Origin: a virus
Taxonomy: Duplodnaviria; Caudoviricetes
Virus record (IMG/VR): IMGVR_UViG_3300020451_001669
Location: 1 to 62,849 of that record
Direction: 5' to 3' (one strand)
Length of the DNA stretch: 62,849 nt
The position numbers and the translations under genes are program-made. Shown in pieces: positions 9,916 to 18,933 of this stretch. Position 1 is the first letter of the stretch. The number at the start of each line of letters is the position of its first letter. The notes beneath the pieces are model-generated. The model made no database searches. It was not told the origin of the DNA and saw nothing but the letters and a program-made list of their open reading frames with translations.

Positions 9916-10507
9916 CGGATGGCAGCCGATCACGATTGCCTCTGTTCGTAAGTCTATTGTGAAGGTTTGCACGGGTCTTGGAAACTTCCTAGAGCCAGAA
10001 AGCTACATCCTTCACGACTTCGAGTCCTGGCTGTCCCTGACGGCTGGCGAGGACGAAGACGCAATCGTAGGCTCAAACGGTCTTCGCATGAAAGTGCCGG
10101 AGATCATTGTCTTGAAGTCTTACAGCGCTTTTCCAACCAAGCAGGTCAAGCTTACGAGACGCAACCTGTTGATCAGAGACGGCTTCCGTTGCCAGTACTC
10201 TGGTCAAAAGCTATCGGCTCGCGAAGCCACCATTGACCATATCATTCCTCAATCCCGAGGCGGTCCGCATTCTTGGGAGAACGTTGTCATCTGCGCTGTG
10301 GATGTCAATTCCAAGAAGGCAGACAGAACTCCGGCTGAAGCAGGTATGAGCTTGATCAGCAAGCCAATCCAGCCAAAGTGGAGCCCTGTCTACTCCAAGT
10401 TCTCTCGCGTAACCATGACCGGTAACTACCCGGACTCTTGGAAGCATTTCATCAAGCAAAAAGAGAACTGGTCGCCAGAGGATTATTGGGAAGATGACCG
10501 CAGGTAG
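9875..10507 (+). CDS. HNH endonuclease
   Basis: TLVLN..WQP, TRRNLLIRDGFRCQY.G, TIDHIIPQSRGG..SWENVV..C...N.KK. Confidence 0.9.
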   Translation: MTSNLNKPTLVLNSGWQPITIASVRKSIVKVCTGLGNFLEPESYILHDFESWLSLTAGEDEDAIVGSNGLRMKVPEIIVLKSYSAFPTKQVKLTRRNLLIRDGFRCQYSGQKLSAREATIDHIIPQSRGGPHSWENVVICAVDVNSKKADRTPAEAGMSLISKPIQPKWSPVYSKFSRVTMTGNYPDSWKHFIKQKENWSPEDYWEDDRR

Positions 10508-10512
10508 TTTGT

Positions 10513-11202
10513 ATGGCAATAAAGCGAAAGATCAGATATTCAGCCGTTCGCAATAAGACGAGCGTAAAAGGCTGGAAGGACAAGCTAGAGGGCGTACCAT
10601 GTTTTATACTTGGAAACTCTCCTGCGCTTGAAGATGAGGATCTTGAGCTACTTCATCCCTTCTTTACGATAGGGATAAATAGGGCTTTCTATAAGCTCGA
10701 TACTACCGTTCTGCTTTGGCAAGACATCGAGCTTTGGTATACAGAGAGAAAGCGTCTTATGAAGATGAACTCTCTCAAGGTATGCCGAGATTCTTCTGAT
10801 CCGCAAAATCGCTTTTTCCATTTCAAGCTACAACCAGGCAATTTTGGGCTGCCCGAACATCCGGGCACTCTAAAGGGGACCGGCACGACCGGTCCCCTTG
10901 CCGCGCAGTTTGCATATGCTCTCGGCTGCGATCCAATTGTTTTGCTCGGTATGGACTGCAAGAAAAGAGGACAGAATACAGATTTCTATGGTCGCAACAG
11001 ACACCATAAGCCTCATACACTTTCTAACTGTAAGGGAGGCCTTAAGTGGATCAAGAAAACATTCGACGACCTAGATCGAACAGTTATCAACTGCTCAAAG
11101 GATAATGAGCTATTCGACTACCAACCGCTACAGCAGGTTGTAGAACAAATCGATTCCAAGCATAGCCTCAACAGGGCTCATTGGGTGAGTCGTCTTGCAT
11201 GA
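10513..11202 (+). CDS. DUF115/MptE/Maf-like glycosyltransferase-fold protein, paralog 1
   Basis: CFILGNSPAL, TIGINR, AYALGCDPIVLLGMD, VINCS. Confidence 0.7.
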   Translation: MAIKRKIRYSAVRNKTSVKGWKDKLEGVPCFILGNSPALEDEDLELLHPFFTIGINRAFYKLDTTVLLWQDIELWYTERKRLMKMNSLKVCRDSSDPQNRFFHFKLQPGNFGLPEHPGTLKGTGTTGPLAAQFAYALGCDPIVLLGMDCKKRGQNTDFYGRNRHHKPHTLSNCKGGLKWIKKTFDDLDRTVINCSKDNELFDYQPLQQVVEQIDSKHSLNRAHWVSRLA

Positions 11203-11867
11203 TTGCTCATAGATTCAATATTGCTCAATGGAAGGGTATTCTCGACGGAGAAACGGTGTTTCTTATTGGAAACGGTCCTTCTCTTATCGAGGAGAACTTG
11301 GGCCTCTTAGAGGGCAGGTTTTCTATCGGTATGAATCGATGCTTCAAGGTATTCGACCCTACAATTCTCATATGGCAAGACAGAGGTATGTATGCAAACG
11401 ATGGCATCGAGAAGATTAGACTTTCAAAAGCTATCAAAGTATGCCGAGATTCGATCGACGATCATAAAGAATTCAACAACTTTACTATTAGCCGAGGCAA
11501 CTTTTCATTCAAGGTTTCGCCTCATAGACTGCAAGGGTACGGCTGCACTGGAGCGCTAGCTGCTCAACTTGCGGTAGCCATGGGAGCCGGAAGGCTTGTT
11601 CTTCTGGGTTGCGACGGCAAGTATGGCGAGCATACCGATTTCTATGGGAACAATCCTGACCACAAATCTCATACGCTTCTAAACTTTGATAGAGCATATC
11701 GTTTCATACAGCAGCAAAGTCCTGTTGAAGTCATTAGCTGCTGTTCAAACGATCTTTGGGAACGATCCAATCTCGAAGAGGTCGTAAATTCATTGTCCGA
11801 CAAAAAGCAGACACGGATTCAATGGATATCCAAGTTCCTTTCAAGTGAACTAACCAACACCCTATAA
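11199..11867 (+). CDS. DUF115/MptE/Maf-like protein, paralog 2
   Basis: VFLIGNGPSL, SIGMNR, AVAMGAGRLVLLGCD; collinear with paralog 1 (KVCRDS, TDFYG.N..HK.HTL.N). Confidence 0.7.
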   Translation: MIAHRFNIAQWKGILDGETVFLIGNGPSLIEENLGLLEGRFSIGMNRCFKVFDPTILIWQDRGMYANDGIEKIRLSKAIKVCRDSIDDHKEFNNFTISRGNFSFKVSPHRLQGYGCTGALAAQLAVAMGAGRLVLLGCDGKYGEHTDFYGNNPDHKSHTLLNFDRAYRFIQQQSPVEVISCCSNDLWERSNLEEVVNSLSDKKQTRIQWISKFLSSELTNTL

Positions 11868-11951
11868 TGAAAGCAAGATCGCTGTGGAGCGATATGACAC
11901 CTCGACAATACTGTCGAAGTACCACGATGCTCCTATTTGATCGGAGAAATC

Positions 11952-13088
11952 ATGTCCGAAACGACTAATGAACAGACAACTGAATCTAGCTTCGATTATT
12001 CGGCATTCACGCAACGAATAGCTTCTGCAGAGCAGAATACGGTTGCCATCATATGCCATGATCAGCCGGACCCAGACTGCCTCGCAAGCGCTATGGCTAT
12101 GAAAGTGATTGCCGAAAACTTTGGCAAGACAGCGACTATCTACTACGGCGGCGAACTCGGCCATACTCAGAACAGAATCATGGTCAACGTTCTTGATATC
12201 CCCTTATCTCGATTGGATATTGATGATGACGAGGATGCTGCAGGCGACATAAAGGACTACATAGATAGCAGCTTTGTTGTCGTTGTAGACACCTCTCATT
12301 TCGGCTGCGAGAACTGCTCAGGCATTTCTTCTTTCGTTGATAAGAAAGAAGAGCCGGATATGGTTATTGACCACCATGATCTGAACTCAAAAAGAACCTG
12401 TCCTTACCTTCGTAGAACATACGGTTCTTGCGCTACTATTCTCTATGAGATGATGCTTAGTCTTGAGATACCTGTATCGAGAATACTTGCAACGGCTCTT
12501 TACTTGGGTATCAATACGGATACGGCTGATCTTAAGGGCGAGGGAGCAACTACTGAAGACCACGCAGCTTATGAATCGTTGAAAGAGAAAATCGACCTAG
12601 AGAAGTATCTCAAGGTGTTTAACTATCCGAAGCCATCTGCTCTGCTCGATCTTCGAAAGAGAGCGTATGCGGATATTCATACAACAAGCACGCTTGCTGT
12701 TGCGAATGTTGGAGTGATAACCCCGCAGCAGAGGTCGCTTGTAGCTGAGCTTTGCGAAGAAATATTGGAGATCGAATCCATCGAAACGGCTGTCGTTATG
12801 GCAATCGTTGATGAGGGGCTCAAAACAAAGAAGGCTCTTGTCGCCTCCTTTAGGAGTAGCCTTCTTGCAATCAATACCAAGGACTTCATGACGAAGATCT
12901 TTGGAAAGAAGGGCGTTGGCGGCAGAAAGGGAGCAGGCGGAGCAAACATACCGCTTGACTTCATCCATTGCGACACGATCGATTCTATCAGGTCGCAGCA
13001 CGGAGACAACGGTCACCTTTCGCAGTACATATCCCATATTTTTGATGCTTATTCGATCAAGATCAAAGAAGAAAAAGAGAACGTCTAA
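11952..13088 (+). CDS. DHH/DHHA1 phosphoesterase (NrnA / cyclic dinucleotide PDE-like)
   Basis: HDQPDPDCLAS, VVVDTS, IDHH, LYLGINTDT, SFRS, GG...AGGA. Confidence 0.88.
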   Translation: MSETTNEQTTESSFDYSAFTQRIASAEQNTVAIICHDQPDPDCLASAMAMKVIAENFGKTATIYYGGELGHTQNRIMVNVLDIPLSRLDIDDDEDAAGDIKDYIDSSFVVVVDTSHFGCENCSGISSFVDKKEEPDMVIDHHDLNSKRTCPYLRRTYGSCATILYEMMLSLEIPVSRILATALYLGINTDTADLKGEGATTEDHAAYESLKEKIDLEKYLKVFNYPKPSALLDLRKRAYADIHTTSTLAVANVGVITPQQRSLVAELCEEILEIESIETAVVMAIVDEGLKTKKALVASFRSSLLAINTKDFMTKIFGKKGVGGRKGAGGANIPLDFIHCDTIDSIRSQHGDNGHLSQYISHIFDAYSIKIKEEKENV

Positions 13089-13109
13089 TCGTTCTCTTGA
13101 GGAAAGAGA

Positions 13110-14498
13110 ATGAAAGAATCCGGTCGTAGATACGAACTCTCCAGCATCGAGCTAATGCATGCGAAGCTAGATGAGTACGCTTACGCAATGAAGACTGTCG
13201 AAGGCGATTCTCTTAGCGAGATCGAGATTCGAGAGTTCTTCTATGGAGGGGAACATAGCTGCATCAAAGGCGGCAATCAGTCCATATACCAGCACAATAA
13301 GCTGCAATGGGTTATGTCCTCTTACTTCGAGGAAATGGGATTCAAGCAAGTCAGAGCGGTAAGCTACGGCTATCTTGATGTTATGCCTCCCAAAAAGCAG
13401 GATATCGAAAACGAGCCGGGAAAATACTTCCAAGCCTACGAGGACGCTGTAGTCTACTACGAACGATCCAGAGGTAAGAAGTCCAAAGAGAAAGATCGTA
13501 TCGTTGTTGAAGTTGACGAGAACTTCCATGGCAACGGTATGAACTACACGATCTACCATAACCTCGAAAGCTCGTCTCTCTTTACCGACTGGTCAAAGCT
13601 CGCGGATGAAAAGAACTTCTACAAAGGAAAGAAAATCAATGTGAGCGGCGAGTTCCTTAAGCTCAACGATGTTGGGTGGGACGATGTTGTTCTTTCAGAA
13701 GAGAAGAAAGGCCTCATCAGAGAGTCCGTAGCCGAGCTATTCGAGAACTCTGAAGTATTCCGCAAGTTCGGAATCTCCATACAGAGAGGCGTCATCCTTC
13801 ATGGACGACCGGGTACAGGTAAAACCCAGATATGCCGAGCATTGGCAAAAGAGTCGAAATGCTCTGTCCTTTACGCGCTGCCGACTGACTTTCAAAAGAA
13901 CCAGGCAGGCGTTCGTCGAGTAACCGACATGGCAAAGGACTTGGCCCCATGCGTGCTTATCATCGAGGATATGGACTGGATCGCGCTAGATCGAGATGCG
14001 GGTCGGGCCGGTTTCGTCATGGAACTCATGAATCAGATGGATGGCATTGAAGCTTTCGGCGACATTGTTACGGTCGGCACTACGAACCGAAAGGAAGACC
14101 TTGAAGAGGCTGTCAAGAATCGACCCGGACGATTCGATAGGCTCATTGAGGTAGATTATCCTGCACTCGCTGAACGAGTTGCTATGGTTCAATCCTTCTG
14201 CTCGCAATGGGATATTTCCCAAGTAAACATAGAGAAGATCGCAGAGAACCTTAAAGACCTTTCCGGAGCCCATATCAAAGAGATATGCAAGACCGCTGCT
14301 ATCCATGCGGTCTATGCGAAGTCCTTTGCGGATAAGGGCGAAAAGCTGGTCGTTACCAACGATCACTTCCTGAAAGCATGGGAAGAAGTTAAGGACAAGG
14401 ACATTTCTTCATTCCTAGAAACTCAGGCGAAGAGCGGGGGTAACAGCGGCTTTGGTTTTGCCCCTTCTCGCTCTTCTGATCCATGGGATGAACTCTGA
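13110..14498 (+). CDS. AAA+ ATPase
   Basis: Walker A GRPGTGKT, Walker B IIEDMD, SRH TTNR...RPGRFDR. Confidence 0.92.
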   Translation: MKESGRRYELSSIELMHAKLDEYAYAMKTVEGDSLSEIEIREFFYGGEHSCIKGGNQSIYQHNKLQWVMSSYFEEMGFKQVRAVSYGYLDVMPPKKQDIENEPGKYFQAYEDAVVYYERSRGKKSKEKDRIVVEVDENFHGNGMNYTIYHNLESSSLFTDWSKLADEKNFYKGKKINVSGEFLKLNDVGWDDVVLSEEKKGLIRESVAELFENSEVFRKFGISIQRGVILHGRPGTGKTQICRALAKESKCSVLYALPTDFQKNQAGVRRVTDMAKDLAPCVLIIEDMDWIALDRDAGRAGFVMELMNQMDGIEAFGDIVTVGTTNRKEDLEEAVKNRPGRFDRLIEVDYPALAERVAMVQSFCSQWDISQVNIEKIAENLKDLSGAHIKEICKTAAIHAVYAKSFADKGEKLVVTNDHFLKAWEEVKDKDISSFLETQAKSGGNSGFGFAPSRSSDPWDEL

Positions 14499-14577
14499 TC
14501 CTGTAAGATTTTCTCCTCCCTCTTTTTCTCCATTTTAGTTATTTGGCGCAGAGCCAGAAAACAAGGGTGAACTGGAG

Positions 14578-14602
14578 AAGGTATCGATACTAAGTGGTCG
14601 AA
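14578..14602 (+). promoter_or_regulatory. Putative phage promoter AAGG-N15-GTCGAA
   Basis: Intergenic, 60 nt upstream of nrdJ. Confidence 0.45.
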
Positions 14603-14661
14603 TATTACTCCTACCACTAGCAAGTATTGAAACAAAGCAAAGAGCATTTTGGAGGAAATCT

Positions 14662-17067
14662 ATGTCTCAGACGACTGCTACTCAATCGTCTTCAGTTGAA
14701 GCGCGTAAGCTTACCAGAGATGACACGCTTGCCGCTTTTGGCGGAGACCACCTAGCTACCGATGTATTCCTAAAGAAGTATGCGGTAACTCGAACAGACG
14801 GAACTCTTGAAGAGCACCTGCCAAGTCAGATGTGGAGGCGAATGGCAAAAGCCGCTGCCTCCGTGGAAGATAACCCGGATTATTGGGAAGAGAAGTTCTA
14901 CAACGTCCTAGATGAATGGAAAGCCGTCCCTCAGGGCAGCATTATGTTTGCCCTAGGAAATCCATATCAGCGTTCATCATGCTCGAACTGCTTTGTCGTT
15001 CCCATCCACGAAGATTCCTTGGATGGGATTTTTAACGCGGCGAAGGAAATGGCTAAGACATACGCCTATCGAGGCGGCGTCGGTATTGACATTTCCCCTC
15101 TCCGACCTGACGGAGCCGTAGTTTCCAATGCAGCCAGAACTTCTACTGGCGCATGGAGCTACATGGACTTCTACAGCTACATTACCCGCCTTATTGGTCA
15201 GCACGGTCGTCGCGGTGCTTTGATGCTTACGATTGAAGACAGTCATCCCGATGTCATGAGCTTCATTACGGCGAAGACAGATCTTACAAAGGTGACCGGA
15301 GCGAACATTTCGATCAAGATATCGGATGAGTTCATGCGTTGCCTAGAGAATGATCAGCCTTGGACAATGGAGTTCTCTACGTCGCACGAAACCATTCGCA
15401 AGCAAGTTCCTGCAAGCGAGGTTTGGGATCTCGTCATTAAGTGCGCAACCGAAACAGCAGAGCCGGGCATTCTTTTTTGGGACACTATCCTGAAGGAAAG
15501 TCCGGCTGATTGCTATGCTGAAGATGGTTTTAGGACTATCTGCACCAACCCTTGTTCTGAGATACCTCTGCCTGCATATGATGCTTGCACGCTTCTTTCT
15601 ATGAACCTGACTAAGTATGTCAACGATCGCTTCCTCGATTCCGCGAAGTTTGATTATGACCGCTTTGCTGAGGACGTAGCGACTGCCGTAAGGCTTCTCG
15701 ATAACGTGAAGGAGATCGATTTCGACCTCATGCCATTGCAGGAGCAGAGAGATGTTGCTGCTAAGGGTCGCAGAATCGGCATGGGAACGAACGGTTTGGG
15801 CGACACGCTCGCAGACCTTGGTATCAAGTATGATACTGAGGAGGCCATTGATTTCGTAGACAAGCTCTACGAGTTCTTCGCGAAGACCGTATACGGAGCG
15901 TCCGCGCAACTAGCGGAAGAGAAGGGTCCGTTCCCGATTTTCGACGCGGAGAAGGAAAAGGACAACCCATTCCTCAATCGCATCGGTTTTGCGGGCGTTC
16001 CTCGCCGAAACATCGCTTGTTTGACTTGTGCCCCAACAGGCTCGCTTTCTATGCTTTGCCAGACTTCTTCTGGCGTTGAGCCGGTATTCCGTAATGCTTA
16101 CATTCGTCGTCGTAAGATTAATCACAATGAGGCAGCAGACATTCCTCAGGACAACCAGTACGAGGACGGACTTGGCGATCTTTGGGAAGTCTACGCGGTA
16201 ATCCACCACAACATCAACAACTTTACAAAGGAAGTCCTTGGCGTTGACCTTCTGTCGATGGATAATCACGAGGACAGAAAGGAAGCCTTCGAGGAAATCG
16301 AATATCAGCTACCTGATTACTTCGTAGAATCAGACACGATCGACTGGGAGAAGAGAGTTCGCATTCAGGCAACCATGCAGAAGTGGGTTGACCATGCGAT
16401 TTCTTCTACCTGTAACTTGCCGAAGGGAACTCCGGTTGAGACTGTCAAGAAGGTCTACGAGGCCGCTTACAAGGCTGGCTGTAAGGGATATACCGTCTAT
16501 GTTGACGGATGTCGAGATGGCGTTCTTGTAACCGAGGACGACAGCAACGAGAACCCAAGCAGTATTCAAAAGACCCATGCTCCAAAGAGACCAAAGACTT
16601 TGGATGCAGATGTCTACCATGTCACCAAAGCAGGTCAATCTTACTTCGTTATGGTTGGACTCCTTGAGGGCGAGCCTTATGAGGTCTTCGCGGGCAAGAA
16701 CGGCTTCATGGACCGAAAGGTTAAGACGGCCAAGATATCTAAGGTCAAGAGAGGCCACTACAAGGCAGAGCTTGATAACGGCGAAGTCGTTGATAACATC
16801 GCTGAGCATATCACTGATGAAGAAGCTGCTATTACTCGACTTATGTCGCTATCGCTGCGTCACGGAGCAGATATCAAGTATTGCGTCAATGTTCTTCAGC
16901 GAGTTCCGGGCGATATGAACAACTTTGCCAGAGTCATGTCGAGGGCGATCAAGCACTACATTCCTGACGGAACTGTCAACTCAAGCATGAGCGAGGACGG
17001 TAAGACTTGGATACATGAAGAAGGGTGTCTGCGCTGCCTAGAGACCGGGGAAACCAAGTGTCAATAG
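14662..17067 (+). CDS. nrdJ: Adenosylcobalamin-dependent (class II) ribonucleotide reductase
   Basis: SNCFV, GGVG.DISPLRP, GRRGALM, TNPCSE, RRIGMG, APTG..S, C-terminal KRPK.L domain ending in a CxxC..C motif; no nrdB nearby. Confidence 0.93.
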   Translation: MSQTTATQSSSVEARKLTRDDTLAAFGGDHLATDVFLKKYAVTRTDGTLEEHLPSQMWRRMAKAAASVEDNPDYWEEKFYNVLDEWKAVPQGSIMFALGNPYQRSSCSNCFVVPIHEDSLDGIFNAAKEMAKTYAYRGGVGIDISPLRPDGAVVSNAARTSTGAWSYMDFYSYITRLIGQHGRRGALMLTIEDSHPDVMSFITAKTDLTKVTGANISIKISDEFMRCLENDQPWTMEFSTSHETIRKQVPASEVWDLVIKCATETAEPGILFWDTILKESPADCYAEDGFRTICTNPCSEIPLPAYDACTLLSMNLTKYVNDRFLDSAKFDYDRFAEDVATAVRLLDNVKEIDFDLMPLQEQRDVAAKGRRIGMGTNGLGDTLADLGIKYDTEEAIDFVDKLYEFFAKTVYGASAQLAEEKGPFPIFDAEKEKDNPFLNRIGFAGVPRRNIACLTCAPTGSLSMLCQTSSGVEPVFRNAYIRRRKINHNEAADIPQDNQYEDGLGDLWEVYAVIHHNINNFTKEVLGVDLLSMDNHEDRKEAFEEIEYQLPDYFVESDTIDWEKRVRIQATMQKWVDHAISSTCNLPKGTPVETVKKVYEAAYKAGCKGYTVYVDGCRDGVLVTEDDSNENPSSIQKTHAPKRPKTLDADVYHVTKAGQSYFVMVGLLEGEPYEVFAGKNGFMDRKVKTAKISKVKRGHYKAELDNGEVVDNIAEHITDEEAAITRLMSLSLRHGADIKYCVNVLQRVPGDMNNFARVMSRAIKHYIPDGTVNSSMSEDGKTWIHEEGCLRCLETGETKCQ

Positions 17068-18309
17068 TTCTACCTGTCTAAAAACATAGAATATATCCAA
17101 AACTGTTGGAGGTATTAGGCGTTACTTGACGAATAGTTAGGTAACGCTTTATACGTTGGAGTAAACTATGTCAAGACGGAAAGAACTATCAGGCAAAAAG
17201 TTTGGAAAGCTGACAGTGAAGCAGGTTTCTGAAAAGCGAGGGCCTAGAGGTGAGCTTTATTGGGACTGCGAGTGCGACTGCGGCAATACAAAAGCGATTC
17301 GCAGTTCTTACCTCAATAAGGGCAAAGTGCAGTGTTGCGGCTGTACTCATAGGGGCAACCTTAAGGGGCAAAGTTTTGGACATTTGATCGTTCTTGAACG
17401 TTCGGAAAAAACAAATTCCCACGGCAATGTTTATTGGACCTGTGAGTGTAAGAGATGCGGAAACCAAAAAGATATTGCTGCCAATGGTTTGAGGTCCGGC
17501 TATCATAAGTCTTGCGGTTGCCTAAAAAAGACCCGAACAAAAGAATCTAGCAAGATGATTCCCGGCCATATTTGGTACTCAATACAAGATAGCGCTAAAC
17601 GGCGCAATATAGATTTTCAACTTTCCCTTCAAGACGCAGAAACTCTACTTACAGAACAGGAGTGGATATGCCCCCTGACTGGATCTGTCCTTGGATTCGA
17701 CTATGCGAATCCCAAAGGGACCAATACTACGGCTTCACTAGACAGAAAAGATTCAACCAAACCATATTGCAAAGACAATTGTTGGTGGATATTAAAAAGC
17801 ATCAATCTTATGAAAGGCTCATTGCCTCTCGATGAGTTTATAGCATTATCTAATTATGTTTCTCAGAAAAAGGAATCAAATATGTTCAAAATAGAACAAA
17901 ATCTATACAATGCTCACAACGCAATTTATTTGACCAAAATCAATAGCAAGAAGTTTGGACTCAGAGTAAGCGATCAAAGTCTTAGAACGACAAGAGGACA
18001 TAAGGGCATTAACTGTCCAGATGGAATTGACTCTGATAAGGCTTATGGCGTAAATCAACTAAGTGGAGACGTTGACTTGATGTTCAAACTAGACATCGAT
18101 CATTATGCAAAAATCAATCTAGATAAAGAGGTTGTCGATAAGGGTTACAGTCTTTATCGAGATAGTCAAATGATTTATCAAAAGCAATATCACATGCCAT
18201 GTATCTATCTTAGACACAAAGACCGTAATCATTCAGTTTTTGAAGACTTAGGATTTTTTGCAGGCAGACATATTGGAACAGTTGACGTGTATCGTTTTTT
18301 CGACGAATA
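17020..18309 (+). mobile_element. Free-standing homing-endonuclease cassette carrying a replacement nrdJ 3' end
   Basis: The last 16 nrdJ codons (17020-17067) recur in diverged form right after the endonuclease (18310-18357); the cassette is visibly AT-richer. Confidence 0.75.
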
Positions 18310-18310
18310 G
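17168..18310 (+). CDS. HNH-type homing endonuclease with two Cys-rich DNA-binding repeats and a C-terminal extension
   Basis: Two L.G..FG.L.V...W.C.C.CG...CGC repeats; CPLTG...ASLDRKDS...Y..DN.W.....N.MK. Confidence 0.8.
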   Translation: MSRRKELSGKKFGKLTVKQVSEKRGPRGELYWDCECDCGNTKAIRSSYLNKGKVQCCGCTHRGNLKGQSFGHLIVLERSEKTNSHGNVYWTCECKRCGNQKDIAANGLRSGYHKSCGCLKKTRTKESSKMIPGHIWYSIQDSAKRRNIDFQLSLQDAETLLTEQEWICPLTGSVLGFDYANPKGTNTTASLDRKDSTKPYCKDNCWWILKSINLMKGSLPLDEFIALSNYVSQKKESNMFKIEQNLYNAHNAIYLTKINSKKFGLRVSDQSLRTTRGHKGINCPDGIDSDKAYGVNQLSGDVDLMFKLDIDHYAKINLDKEVVDKGYSLYRDSQMIYQKQYHMPCIYLRHKDRNHSVFEDLGFFAGRHIGTVDVYRFFDE

Positions 18311-18357
18311 AAGGCTGCGTCCGATGCCTGGAGACTGGTGAAACTAAGTGCATGTAA
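18310..18357 (+). pseudogene. Orphaned second copy of the nrdJ 3' end (EGCVRCLETGETKCM*)
   Basis: 13 of 15 aa identical to the nrdJ end EGCLRCLETGETKCQ*, with many synonymous differences. Confidence 0.85.
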
Positions 18358-18394
18358 GAGCCCGATTCTCATAACATCCGATATAGTTCAAAGA

Positions 18395-18425
18395 GCGCCC
18401 TTTGACGACTCATTGGGCGTTTTTT
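18395..18425 (+). terminator. Probable intrinsic terminator
   Basis: GCGCCC..TGA-CGAC-TCA..GGGCGT followed by a T-run. Confidence 0.6.
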
Positions 18426-18477
18426 CATGGAAGACAGACCTTTTCCATTCTGTCCATATATCTTTACAGGAGAAAAG

Positions 18478-18930
18478 ATGCAGATCAAAGTAAAGAAGCT
18501 TCACGAAGACGCAGTATTGCCTCAGAGGGCCAACTCAACCGACGCAGGCTACGATCTTGTAGCCATTGATGATGGAGAGGTTGTTTTGGATGATTACGGT
18601 ACTTGCCTATATGTTCAATACCGAATAGGTCTTGCGATCGAGCCTGGCGAGGGATTTCATACCGAGATATTTCCTCGATCAAGCGTGACAAAGACGCATT
18701 TGGTTTTGGGAAATAGTATAGGATTGGTCGATGAGGGATACAGGGGAGAGATACTGGTGAGGTTCAAGCCGATTGTTCAGCCAGATACCGCTGGATTCAA
18801 GGGATATTCCAAGGGTGATCGTATAGCACAACTTGTCATCCGCAGAACAGAGCATGCAGATTTCAAATGGTCTGCAGATTTAGATGACTCAAACAGAGGC
18901 GAAGGAGGCTTCGGCTCATCAGGTAACTAA
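18478..18930 (+). CDS. dut: Trimeric dUTPase (likely start 18478)
   Basis: DAGYDL, FPRSS, GLVDEGYRGEI, GDRIAQL, RGEGGFGSSG. Confidence 0.96.
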   Translation: MQIKVKKLHEDAVLPQRANSTDAGYDLVAIDDGEVVLDDYGTCLYVQYRIGLAIEPGEGFHTEIFPRSSVTKTHLVLGNSIGLVDEGYRGEILVRFKPIVQPDTAGFKGYSKGDRIAQLVIRRTEHADFKWSADLDDSNRGEGGFGSSGN

Positions 18931-18933
18931 TGT

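Noticed and set aside
17020-18310. Group I intron in nrdJ
   Set aside because: nrdJ is complete with its own stop. No register gives both a U-ending 5' exon and a G-ending intron in frame, and there is little non-coding room for a ribozyme core.
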